Shown here: positions 19,225-28,178 of the stretch, one piece after another
Numbering within the stretch: position 1 is the stretch's first letter
Layout of the letters: each line of letters opens with the position of its first letter
Made by a program: the position numbers and the translations under genes
Notes under the pieces: generated by a model
Databases searched by the model: none
Seen by the model: only the letters and a program-made list of their open reading frames with translations
What the model was told of the DNA's origin: nothing
NCBI GenBank assembly: GCA_963805625.1
Contig: CAWDVE010000010.1
Location: 864,001 to 928,000, forward strand
Length of the DNA stretch: 64,000 nt
Reading direction: 5' to 3'
Source: an uncultured Candidatus Rokubacteria bacterium
GTDB lineage: Bacteria > Methylomirabilota > Methylomirabilia > Rokubacteriales > DASRDR01

Positions 19225-20085
19225 GTGGCTCCCGTTCCGCCGCGCGAGTTGCCCCACCTCGGCCGGCGGATCCGGCGCGCCCTTCGAAGCTCGGTCGTCC
19301 TCGGCGGTCTGATCGTCTCCGTCCTGATCGTCGCGGTCGCCCTCTTCGCGGGACTCCTCGCGCCCGTGGCGCCCGACGAGCAGAACTTCGATCTCCTGGA
19401 GACACCCCCGGGACACCAGGCCTGGATGGGTACGGACCGTCTCGGTCGCGACGTCCTCAGCCGGGTAATCCACGGCACTCGCATCTCGCTGTACGTCGCG
19501 ACCGTCTCCATCGGGTCCGCCATGCTAATCGGCGGCGCGCTCGGGCTGACGGCCGGCTATCTCGGTGGGCGGTGGGACAATCTCGTGAGCCGGGTGATGG
19601 ATGTATTCTTCAGCGTGCCCGGTCTGCTCCTCTCCGTCGGCATCGCGGCGATGCGGGGCCCCGGGATCAACAGCGCCGTGATCGCGATCGCCATCGTGTA
19701 CACGCCGATCTTCGCCCGGGTCATGCGGGGCCCGGTCCTCGCCGAGCGCGAGAAGGAGTACGTGGACGCGGTGCGGGCGCTCGGCGCCGGTCGGGCGAAG
19801 GTCGCGCTCAAGCACGTCCTGCCGAACGTGCTCTCCCCCTTCGTCGTTCAGGGAACCGTGGCATTCTCCCAGGCGATCCTGATCGAAGCCTCGCTCAGCT
19901 ATCTCGGTCTCTCGGTCCAGCCGCCCACCCCGTCGTGGGGCAACATGCTCAACGAGGGTCGGACGTACCTCGAGACCGCTCCCTGGATCTCGGTCTTCCC
20001 CGGCCTCGCCATCATGACGGCGGTGCTGGCCTTCAACCTGCTCGGTGACGGACTTCGCGACGTGCTCGATCCCCGCTCCCAGTGA
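19225..20085 (+). CDS. Peptide ABC permease (DppC-type)
   Basis: GTDRLGRD, EASLSYLGL, PSWG and GDGLRD motifs; start uncertain (19198 or 19225). Confidence 0.93.
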   Translation: MAPVPPRELPHLGRRIRRALRSSVVLGGLIVSVLIVAVALFAGLLAPVAPDEQNFDLLETPPGHQAWMGTDRLGRDVLSRVIHGTRISLYVATVSIGSAMLIGGALGLTAGYLGGRWDNLVSRVMDVFFSVPGLLLSVGIAAMRGPGINSAVIAIAIVYTPIFARVMRGPVLAEREKEYVDAVRALGAGRAKVALKHVLPNVLSPFVVQGTVAFSQAILIEASLSYLGLSVQPPTPSWGNMLNEGRTYLETAPWISVFPGLAIMTAVLAFNLLGDGLRDVLDPRSQ

Positions 20086-20112
20086 CAACCTCTCGTGCCC
20101 AGGAGGCATCCC

Positions 20113-21699
20113 ATGACCAAGCGTGACAGTCAGTTGGACCACGACGCTCCTCGCCCCAGCGCCCCGAGCCGCCGCGACGTGCTCAAAGCGGGCGGCGCCG
20201 CCCTGGGGACGCTCGCCCTCGGGCGGGGCGCCTTCGCCCAGACGCCGAGGGCCGGCGGAAGCATCATCTCCGCCCAGAACAACGAGGCGACCGGCCTCGA
20301 CCCGCAGCTGGTCCCGGCGTTCTCGCGGAGCCGCCGCTCGCCGCTGACCTACAGCCAGCTCGTCCGCTTCGACGAGAACATGGCGGTCCAGCCCGAGCTC
20401 GCCGAGTCCTGGACGCTCTCCGACGACAAGCTCACCTGGACGTTCAAGCTCCGCCAGGGCGTCAAGTTCCATGACGGCCAGGAGCTCACGAGCGCCGACG
20501 TCAAGTTCACGTTCGACCGGCTCCTCGAGAAGTCGGCCGGCGGCAAGGCCGACTTCACCGCGGTCGACAAGGTCGAGCCGGCGGGCAAGTACCAGATCAA
20601 GTTCGTCACCAAGGAGCCGTTCGCCGCGCTCCTGGCCGCCCTCGGCGGGTTCTGGGGCTACATCGTGAGCGAGGCCGGGGTCACCAAGGGCGGCGGCGAC
20701 CTCAACAAGATGACGATGGGGACCGGCCCCTTCATGCTGGCCGACTGGAAGGTCGAGCAGCAGATGGTCTTCAAGAAGAACCCGAACTACTACAAGAAGG
20801 GGCTGCCCTACGTCGACGAAGTCGTCATCCGGACCATCCCGGACGAGGCGAACATCGTCGCCGCCCTCCGCACCGGGCAAATCCACCACGCCTTCATCGA
20901 GGACAACAAGAACTGGAACCTCCTGAAGGACGAGAAGACCCTCACGGGCTACCGGTCGTCCCGTCTCGGGTACGACTACCTCAACATCACCGCGACTCGC
21001 GGCCCGCTCAAGGACGTTCGGGTCCGACAGGCGATCAGCTACGCGGTCGACCGGGCGGCGGTGTTGAAGGTGGCGGCGGCGGGCTTCGGACGGTTGACGG
21101 CCCCCGCGACGGCGCCCATGAAGCAGTGGCAGATCCCCGAAGAGCAGTGGATGAAGTACTACAGGCCCGACATCGACAAGGCGAAGAAGCTCATGGCCGA
21201 GGCGGGACAGGCGGGCGGCTTCACCGTCAAGCTCTGCGTCATCCCCACCTTCCCGACCATGGTCAACGGCGCCCCCGTCGTCGCGGCGAACCTCAAGCGC
21301 ATCGGGATCAACGCCGAGATCGAGAACGTCGAGTACGCGGTCTGGATCAAGCGCTGGCTCGCGAAGGACTTCGACATGACGATGAACACGACGCCGGGCT
21401 ACGCCGACCCCGACACCGCGTTCTTCCGGGCGCTTCACTCCACCAAGGGGCAGAACTGGAACAGCTGGAGCGTCCCCGACCTGGACGGGCTCCTCGAGGA
21501 GGGGCGGAAGACGTTCGACCAGAAGAAGCGCAAGGAGATCTACGACAAGGTTCAGATCATGATCCTCGAGAACGTGCCGCACCTCTGGCTCTTCTCGGCC
21601 GACCACATCGACTTCAGCCAGAACTATGTGAAGGGCTGGGTGCAGCACCCCACGACGAACCTCTACGGGTTCGAGCGAGTCTGGCTCGACAAGGCATAG
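20113..21699 (+). CDS. ABC family-5 solute-binding protein, Tat-exported
   Basis: SRRDVLK signal; LRQGVKFHDG and GTGPF motifs; AGGAGG RBS. Confidence 0.93.
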   Translation: MTKRDSQLDHDAPRPSAPSRRDVLKAGGAALGTLALGRGAFAQTPRAGGSIISAQNNEATGLDPQLVPAFSRSRRSPLTYSQLVRFDENMAVQPELAESWTLSDDKLTWTFKLRQGVKFHDGQELTSADVKFTFDRLLEKSAGGKADFTAVDKVEPAGKYQIKFVTKEPFAALLAALGGFWGYIVSEAGVTKGGGDLNKMTMGTGPFMLADWKVEQQMVFKKNPNYYKKGLPYVDEVVIRTIPDEANIVAALRTGQIHHAFIEDNKNWNLLKDEKTLTGYRSSRLGYDYLNITATRGPLKDVRVRQAISYAVDRAAVLKVAAAGFGRLTAPATAPMKQWQIPEEQWMKYYRPDIDKAKKLMAEAGQAGGFTVKLCVIPTFPTMVNGAPVVAANLKRIGINAEIENVEYAVWIKRWLAKDFDMTMNTTPGYADPDTAFFRALHSTKGQNWNSWSVPDLDGLLEEGRKTFDQKKRKEIYDKVQIMILENVPHLWLFSADHIDFSQNYVKGWVQHPTTNLYGFERVWLDKA

Positions 21700-21766
21700 A
21701 AGAGCGAATACCCGGTCCCGGGAGCAGCCGCAGCGGAGCGCCTGTCGGTTGTCCTGTAATTCGTGC

Positions 21767-21821
21767 GCCCTACGCCGGGGACAGACTGCCCGACCGTCAA
21801 GCCTGTCCCCGGCGGGAGGGC
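21767..21821. other. GC-rich inverted repeat / hairpin after the SBP gene
   Basis: CGCCGGGGACAG (21773-21784) pairs with CTGTCCCCGGCG (21803-21814), extendable by GCCCT/AGGGC; no U-tract. Confidence 0.6.
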
Positions 21822-21849
21822 TCTGTCGCGGTAAGATGCGGCGAACGAG

Positions 21850-22329
21850 GTGAGGCTCGCTTGGACCTTCCGAGGGTTCGAGCGCTGGCTCTATCGAGGG
21901 CGCCGTCCCAATGCCCTGGCTCGAGTGCTCAATCGAGTCTGGGCAACCGTCAATGCCTTGGGCATCGCCCCGAACCATCTGGTCACGCTGGAGGTGGTGG
22001 GGCGTCGGTCGGGGCGCACGATCTCCTTCCCTCTGGTAATGGCCGTCATGGACGGGCAGCGGTACCTCGTGTCGATGCTCGGCACCGAGGTGGCGTGGGT
22101 TCGGAATGTCCGGGCGTCTGACGGCCATGCACTGCTGCGTCACGGAAGGACCGAACGGGTGCGGCTCGAGGAGATCCCGGTCGAGAAGCGCGGCCCAGTG
22201 CTGAAGGCCTACTTGAAGAGAGCGCCCGGAGCGCGGGCGCATCTGGCGGTGGACAAGGACGCGCCGCTCGCGGAGTTCGAAGCGATCGCCGCAAGCATCC
22301 CAGTGTTCCGCGTCCTGGCGGCAAGGTAG
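21850..22329 (+). CDS. Deazaflavin (F420)-dependent nitroreductase-like protein (Ddn/FDOR-A)
   Basis: TLEVVGRRSG, YLVS, WVRNVRA and PVFRV motifs. Confidence 0.75.
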   Translation: MRLAWTFRGFERWLYRGRRPNALARVLNRVWATVNALGIAPNHLVTLEVVGRRSGRTISFPLVMAVMDGQRYLVSMLGTEVAWVRNVRASDGHALLRHGRTERVRLEEIPVEKRGPVLKAYLKRAPGARAHLAVDKDAPLAEFEAIAASIPVFRVLAAR

Positions 22330-22451
22330 CTCCAGGCCAGACCGGCTCGATACAGGGATGACGCGTGACGACGCCTGGGGCGACCGGGGGGCACGCGTCG
22401 CCACCGAGTCGAGTGCGTGGCGACTGTCCAGCTCAGCGCGAGGAGAACTGC

Positions 22452-22916
22452 GTGTCAGCAGGCGAAGTCGATCCGACTGAGGCACTTGCTGCCCGGGAGA
22501 TCATCACCACGCGGGTTGTCGACGCGGCACGCGAGCGGGTGTTCCAGGCATTTGCCGACCCGCATCACCTCGTGCGGTGGTGGGGTCCGAAGGGCTTCAC
22601 CAACACCTTTCACGAGTTCGATCTGCGTCCGGGCGGCACCTGGCGCTTCGTGATGCACGGTCCCGACGGCGCCAGCTATCAGAACAAGAGCGTGTTCGTC
22701 GAAGTGCTGAAGCCCGAGCGCATCGTCCTCCAGCACGTGTCGGGGCCGCAGTTTCAGCTGACGATCGCGCTCGCCGAGCAGGAGGGCAAGACCAGGATCA
22801 CCTGGCGAATGCTCTTCGAGTCTGCCACCGAGTGCGACAGGATCAAGAGGTTCGCGGTCGAGGCGAACGAGCAGAACCTCGACCGCCTGGAAGCCGAGCT
22901 GGCGAAGATGGCATGA
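22452..22916 (+). CDS. SRPBCC/AHSA1 family protein
   Basis: RERVFQAF, WWGPKGFT and DLRPGGTWRFVMHGPDG motifs; AGGAG RBS. Confidence 0.9.
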   Translation: MSAGEVDPTEALAAREIITTRVVDAARERVFQAFADPHHLVRWWGPKGFTNTFHEFDLRPGGTWRFVMHGPDGASYQNKSVFVEVLKPERIVLQHVSGPQFQLTIALAEQEGKTRITWRMLFESATECDRIKRFAVEANEQNLDRLEAELAKMA

Positions 22917-22935
22917 TGCTCGCGCTGACACCCTG

Positions 22936-23889
22936 ATGGGTCGCTACCTGGTCGTCCGCCTCTATTCGATGGTCCTGACCCTCCTCGGGCTCACGGTCCT
23001 GGTCTTCCTCATGCTCCGCCTCATTCCGGGCACCGTCGTGGAGCAGATGATCGGCGCAGACGCGGTCATGAGCCAGCAGATGGTGGATCAGCTCAAACGG
23101 TTCTTCGGGCTCGACCAGGCCTGGTACGTCCAGTACGGCCGCTGGCTCGGCCAGCTCTTTCGAGGCGACCTCGGGACGTCCTGGCGCACGGGGAAGCCGG
23201 TCCTCTCCCTGATCCTCGAACGGCTTCCGGTCACGATCGAGCTCACCGTGCTCTCTGTCCTCTTCTCGCTGGTCCTGGGCGTCGCGGCCGGGATCCTGTC
23301 CGCCGTCCGGCGCGACCAGACGATCGACCACGTCACGCGGATCGGTACGCTGCTCGGCCTTTCGGTGCCGGTCTTCTGGCAGGGCACGATGCTGATCCTG
23401 TTTTTCTCGCTCTATCTCCGCTGGATGCCGCCAGTCATGTGGGTCGACCTCCTTGCGGACCCCCGGCGGAATCTCACCATCATGGTCCTCCCTGCCCTGT
23501 GCCTCGGCACGGCGGCCGCCGCGAACGTGGCCCGCACCACCCGCTCCTGCATGCTCGACGTGCTCGGCTCCGACTACGTGCGCACCGCACTCGCCAAGGG
23601 GCTGGCCGGTCGGGCCATCGTGCTGAAGCACGCCCTCAAGAACGCGATGATCCCCGTGGTGACGGTGGTCGGCCTCCAGCTGGGGATCCTGCTGGGCGGC
23701 ACGGTCGTGGTGGAGGAGGTCTTCACGCTCCCCGGAGTGGGCCGCCTGGTCCTCTGGTCGATCTACCAACGAGACTACCCGGTGACGCAGAGCACGATCC
23801 TGTTCATCGCGGCCCTCTTCATGACCCTCAACCTGGCGGTCGATCTGTTGTACGGTTACCTGGAACCCCGCATCCGGTACGGGGACTGA
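22936..23889 (+). CDS. Peptide ABC permease (DppB-type)
   Basis: GDLGTS, DYVRTALAKGL and RDYP motifs. Confidence 0.94.
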   Translation: MGRYLVVRLYSMVLTLLGLTVLVFLMLRLIPGTVVEQMIGADAVMSQQMVDQLKRFFGLDQAWYVQYGRWLGQLFRGDLGTSWRTGKPVLSLILERLPVTIELTVLSVLFSLVLGVAAGILSAVRRDQTIDHVTRIGTLLGLSVPVFWQGTMLILFFSLYLRWMPPVMWVDLLADPRRNLTIMVLPALCLGTAAAANVARTTRSCMLDVLGSDYVRTALAKGLAGRAIVLKHALKNAMIPVVTVVGLQLGILLGGTVVVEEVFTLPGVGRLVLWSIYQRDYPVTQSTILFIAALFMTLNLAVDLLYGYLEPRIRYGD

Positions 23890-23946
23890 GCGGCTGCGCT
23901 CCAGGCCCCGGCGCCGGCGCGGCCCGGAGGGAGACCCTACGGAACC

Positions 23947-25038
23947 ATGAAGGCCCCGGTCCTGTTCGAGCAGCGCCAGCCCCTCCGCGTCGAGGAGCTC
24001 GAGGTAGAGCCCCCGCGCGAGGGCGAGGTCTCCGTCCGCATGGTGGCAAGCGGCGTCTGCCACAGCTGCCTCCACGCCGCCGACGGCAGTTGGCAGGGCA
24101 TCCCGCTCCCCATCGTGCTCGGCGACGAAGGATCGGGGATCGTCGAGGCAGTGGGCCCCGGTGTCCGGCACCTCCGGGCCGGCGACCACGTGGTCCTCTC
24201 CTGGGCTCCCACCTGCGGGCGATGCCACTACTGCGTCATCGGGCGGCCGAACCTGTGCGAGAACCGTCAGCCCGGAAAGGGCGTGCTTCCCGAGGGCACG
24301 ACACGCCTGTCGCTCGCCGGGAAACCCGTCTACCAGTACGGCCACGTCGCCACGTACGCCTCGCGCACGGTGGTGGCGGAGTCCAGCGCGATCCCGATCC
24401 GACCCGACATGCCCCTCGACCGCGCGGCCCTGATCGGGTGTTCCGTCATGACCGGGGTTGGCGCGGTGATCAACACGGCTCAGGTGCCGCCGGGCGCCAG
24501 CATGGCGGTCTTCGGCGTCGGCGGCGTCGGGCTGAACGTGGTCCAGGGCGGGGCGCTCGTCACCGCGCATCCCCTGGTGGCGGTCGACGTGCGGGCCGAG
24601 CGGCTCGAGCACGCGCGGGCGCTCGGTGCCACGCATGTGGTCGACGCGTCCCGGCAGGATCCGGTCGCCGCCATCCGGGCCATCACCCGGCGTGGCGCCG
24701 ACTACACCTTCGCCGCCGTCGGAGACGTGCGGGCGATGGGGCAGGCGATCGACTCCCTCGCCCCGGGAGGGACCGCGGTCATGATCGGGGTCCCGCCGAC
24801 CGGGACGACGGTTCCGCTCAGCGTCCAGCCCCTGGTGAGCCAGGAGCGGGTGATCCGGGGCTCGATCTACGGGAGCGCCCGGACCCGCGAGGACTTTCCC
24901 CGGCTGGTGGAGCTCTACCTCGTCGGCAAGCTTCGTCTGGACGATCTCATCACCCGCCGCTACTCGATCGACGAGGCGGACCAGGCGTTCCGGGACCTCG
25001 CGGCCGGGGCGCTGGCGCGTGGCCTGATCGTCTTCTGA
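23947..25038 (+). CDS. Zn-dependent alcohol dehydrogenase (class III-like MDR)
   Basis: GVCHS, CGRCHYC..C, IGCSVMTG and GVGGVG motifs; note GDE in place of the usual GHE. Confidence 0.9.
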   Translation: MKAPVLFEQRQPLRVEELEVEPPREGEVSVRMVASGVCHSCLHAADGSWQGIPLPIVLGDEGSGIVEAVGPGVRHLRAGDHVVLSWAPTCGRCHYCVIGRPNLCENRQPGKGVLPEGTTRLSLAGKPVYQYGHVATYASRTVVAESSAIPIRPDMPLDRAALIGCSVMTGVGAVINTAQVPPGASMAVFGVGGVGLNVVQGGALVTAHPLVAVDVRAERLEHARALGATHVVDASRQDPVAAIRAITRRGADYTFAAVGDVRAMGQAIDSLAPGGTAVMIGVPPTGTTVPLSVQPLVSQERVIRGSIYGSARTREDFPRLVELYLVGKLRLDDLITRRYSIDEADQAFRDLAAGALARGLIVF

Positions 25039-25046
25039 GCGACCCG

Positions 25047-25928
25047 ATGCCACCGCCGACGCACCGGCCGACGCCGTTGACGGTCTATCTTCCCTTCAAC
25101 CGGGACTGTCTCCGCGGCGGCTTCGTCCCGGCGAAGACGGGCGCCACGCCGCCGGCACCCCACGGCCACTGGCTCCTGGTCCAGGATCAGGCGCTCCTCG
25201 TCGTCCCCGACGGCGACCGGTTCCGCCTGCCCGAAGGCGAGCGGCCGGCCGGCCTCGACGGCGCCCTGAGCGACCCCATCTGGCTCGGCACGCTCGGAGA
25301 CACGCCCTGCTGGGTCATAGGCCTGCCGAAAGGGGCCGCCGTCCCGACCGCCCTTCAGCGCGAGACCCTGGTGCCGATGCAGGGCACGCGGCTCCCGGAC
25401 GAGCTCCTCTCGCTCGGCGGGATGGCCATGCAGCTCCTCTGGTGGGAGTCGACCAGCGGCCACTGCCCGCGCTGCGGCGAGCCGACCGCGCGCATTCCCG
25501 GCGAGTGGGGAAAGCAGTGCCCGCGCTGCCGCTACGAGCATTATCCCCACCTCCATCCCGCCGTGATCACGCTCGTCCGCGACGGCTCCCGCGTCCTCCT
25601 GGCCCGGAAGGCGGGCTGGGCGCCCGGGCGCTACGCCCTGGTCGCCGGCTTCGTCGACAACGGCGAGTCGCTCGAGGGCACGGTCGCCCGCGAGGTCAAG
25701 GAAGAGGTGGGGGTCGACGTCACCGACATCCAGTACGTCGGGAGTCAGAACTGGCCGTTCCCGAGCCAGCTCATGATCGGGTTCGTCGCCCGGTACGCGG
25801 GCGGCGAGATCGCGATCGACAAGGAGGAGCTCGAGGACGCGCGCTGGTTCGACTGCGCCAAGCTCCCGAACGGCCCCTCCCGCCACTCGATCGCCGGCTT
25901 CATCATCGCCAACCACGCCCGACCCTGA
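25047..25928 (+). CDS. nudC: NAD(+)/NADH diphosphatase (Nudix)
   Basis: CPRCG...CPRC zinc ribbon, Nudix box AGFVDNGESLEGTVAREVKEEVG, and SQNWPFPSQLM. Confidence 0.9.
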   Translation: MPPPTHRPTPLTVYLPFNRDCLRGGFVPAKTGATPPAPHGHWLLVQDQALLVVPDGDRFRLPEGERPAGLDGALSDPIWLGTLGDTPCWVIGLPKGAAVPTALQRETLVPMQGTRLPDELLSLGGMAMQLLWWESTSGHCPRCGEPTARIPGEWGKQCPRCRYEHYPHLHPAVITLVRDGSRVLLARKAGWAPGRYALVAGFVDNGESLEGTVAREVKEEVGVDVTDIQYVGSQNWPFPSQLMIGFVARYAGGEIAIDKEELEDARWFDCAKLPNGPSRHSIAGFIIANHARP

Positions 25929-25952
25929 CCCCGGTCCACCCACGGAGGACTC

Positions 25953-26717
25953 GTGCGTCCGAACAGTCTCAAGGCCAAGCTGCGGGCCGGCCAGCGTGTG
26001 GTCGGCGCCCTCATCACGATCAACAGCCCCGAGCTGGTCGAGACGTTCGGCCACCTCGGCTACGACTTCGTGTTCATCGACGGCCAGCACGGCGGCCTCG
26101 GCGTCGAGACCGCCCGAGAGCTGATCCGCGCGGCCGAGCTGACCGGGATGACACCGCTGGTACGCGTGCGGAAGAACGACGCGGCGGAGATTCTCGAGTA
26201 CCTCGACCAAGGGGCGGGCGGGGTGATCGTCCCCGACGTGACGAGCCGGGCCGAGGTGGAGGCCGCCGCAAAGGCGACGCGCTATCCGACGCGGGGAACC
26301 CGGGGCGCCATGGCCATGTCCCGCGCGGCGTTCTACGGAGTACCGCAAGCGGGCGCCGCATACTACCGGCAGGCGGACGAGGAGATCCTCTGCTGCGCCA
26401 TCTTCGAGAACCACGCGGTGCTCGGGGAGCTCGACGCCGCCGTCCGGGTCCCGGACCTCGACGTGGTCGTGATCGGCCCCGGTGATCTGTCCATGTCCAT
26501 GGGCATCCCGAACGGCTGGAAGGATCCGCGCGTGCAAACCGAGGTAACGCGGATCCACGCGGCGGCCCGCGCGGCGGGCAAGCCCGCCATGATCGTGGCC
26601 CTGGACCACGACGACGGCCGGCGCCTCCTCGCCGAGGGCTACCAGGCGCTCCTGGTCGTCAGCGGACCGCTCCTCGTGAACGCGGCCCGGAGCTTCCTCC
26701 AGGTTCTTCGCTCCTAG
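25953..26717 (+). CDS. HpcH/HpaI class II aldolase
   Basis: DGQHG, VRV, RYPTRGTRG and IGPGDLS motifs. Confidence 0.9.
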   Translation: MRPNSLKAKLRAGQRVVGALITINSPELVETFGHLGYDFVFIDGQHGGLGVETARELIRAAELTGMTPLVRVRKNDAAEILEYLDQGAGGVIVPDVTSRAEVEAAAKATRYPTRGTRGAMAMSRAAFYGVPQAGAAYYRQADEEILCCAIFENHAVLGELDAAVRVPDLDVVVIGPGDLSMSMGIPNGWKDPRVQTEVTRIHAAARAAGKPAMIVALDHDDGRRLLAEGYQALLVVSGPLLVNAARSFLQVLRS

Positions 26718-26733
26718 GACGAGGAGACCGGTC

Positions 26734-27753
26734 ATGCGCGCCGCGACCTGGCACGGAGAGAGCCGATTCACGCTCGATGACCTGCCCGAGCCCACCCCCG
26801 GCCCTGGACAGGTGCTGATCGCCGTCGACACGGCGGGCATTTGCGGGAGCGACATCCACGCCACGCAGGGGCTCTTCCCTCTGACGCCGCCCCGGGTGAT
26901 GGGGCACGAGTACAGCGGGACCGTGCTGGCGGTGGGTCGTGGCGTGAGCCGAAACCTCGTGGGGCGGGCGGTTGCCTGCGAGCCGAACTACGGCTGCGGC
27001 GCTTGCAATGATTGCCGCGCGAGCCGCATCAGCCAGTGCCAGCAGGCCGTGCGGGTGGGCGGCTTCGCCGAGCGCGTCGTGCTCCCCCGGTACTGCGTGC
27101 ATCCCCTCCCCAAGGGGCTCGATTCCAGCACGGCGGCCCTCGCCGAGCCGGCGGCCTGCTGCCTCGAGGGGCTCGAGATGGCCCGGATGCGCCGAGGCGC
27201 GATCGTGGTCGTGATCGGGGGCGGCATCATGGGCCTCCTGACGCTCGCGCTCGCGAAAGCGCGCGGCGCGGGGACGGCGATCCTGTCGGATCCGGTCGCC
27301 AGCCGTCGCTCGGCTGCCGGGCGCCTCGGTGCCGATCTCACGGTGGACCCTACCGCCGAGGATCTTGCCCGAGTGGTGGACCGCGCGACCGGCGGCCGCG
27401 GGGTCGACCTCGCCTGCGAAGCGGTCGGGAAGCCCGAGCTCCTGGCCGCGGCGGCGCGACTCGTGCGCCCGCGCGGCGTCGTGCAGCTTGTCGGCGTCTG
27501 CCCGAAGGGAAGCACCCTTCCCGTCGACCTTTTCGATTTTCACTTCCGCGAGCTGACCCTCACCGGCGCCTATGGTCGCGGGACAGCCTTTCGCCGCGTA
27601 CTACCGCTCCTGACCAGGATCGGCGCCGCGAGTCTCGTGACCGACCGGTATCCCCTCGAGCGCATCACCGAGGCGTTCGCCCACGCGGCCGCCGGACGGG
27701 GCCTCAAGACGGCCATCACCCCCGGCAGTGCCAACCCAGGGAGCCACGCTTGA
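26734..27753 (+). CDS. Zn-dependent dehydrogenase (sorbitol/threonine DH-like MDR)
   Basis: GICGSD, GHE, CGACNDC..C, EP and GGGIMG motifs. Confidence 0.9.
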   Translation: MRAATWHGESRFTLDDLPEPTPGPGQVLIAVDTAGICGSDIHATQGLFPLTPPRVMGHEYSGTVLAVGRGVSRNLVGRAVACEPNYGCGACNDCRASRISQCQQAVRVGGFAERVVLPRYCVHPLPKGLDSSTAALAEPAACCLEGLEMARMRRGAIVVVIGGGIMGLLTLALAKARGAGTAILSDPVASRRSAAGRLGADLTVDPTAEDLARVVDRATGGRGVDLACEAVGKPELLAAAARLVRPRGVVQLVGVCPKGSTLPVDLFDFHFRELTLTGAYGRGTAFRRVLPLLTRIGAASLVTDRYPLERITEAFAHAAAGRGLKTAITPGSANPGSHA

Positions 27754-27758
27754 CCAGC
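27693..27758 (+). repeat. 66-bp imperfect direct repeat, copy 1
   Basis: Aligns ungapped with 30996-31061, 53/66 identical by manual count. Confidence 0.9.
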
Positions 27759-27839
27759 CGCACCCTCCGAGCTCCCCGTCGTCGGGTCGCGCCGATCCCG
27801 CCGGCACCAGGATTTGTGCCGCGCGGCGCAGTGGGTACA

Positions 27840-27895
27840 CGGAGCCGGCGCTTCTCGATCTCCAGATCGTAGCGGGCCCTTAGGTTCAGCCAGAG
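27840..27895 (-). pseudogene. C-terminal remnant of a HigA-type antitoxin
   Basis: Translates as LWLNLRARYDLEIEKRRL, matching the HigA WLNLQxxYDL motif; no HTH upstream. Confidence 0.6.
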
Positions 27896-28178
27896 ACACC
27901 GCCAGTTCGGTCACGCCAGCAGGAGGCCGGAGGACCGCCCTTCGAGCATCGCCACGCCGGCGTCCCCTTCGAGGGCGCTTCTCCACCCAAGCGAGGTCGA
28001 GGCCATTCGGAGGGCCCTTATGTCGACTCGCTCACGACGTTGCGGCCTCGAGGTACCCGAGGTGACAAGCCCGTTCCCGGCCGTTCCACGCTCCCCAACG
28101 GGGGCCTCGGATGCCGATCGTGTCTCGTCAACGTCGAGTGCTTCGAAAGATTCCCGGGCTGAAAGACGACGACACCTC

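Noticed and set aside
19525-22485. Long antisense and alternate-frame ORFs (this one and many Arg/Pro/Gly-rich ORFs in the track)
   Set aside because: Expected from high GC3 codon bias; they mirror well-supported genes and contain no motifs.
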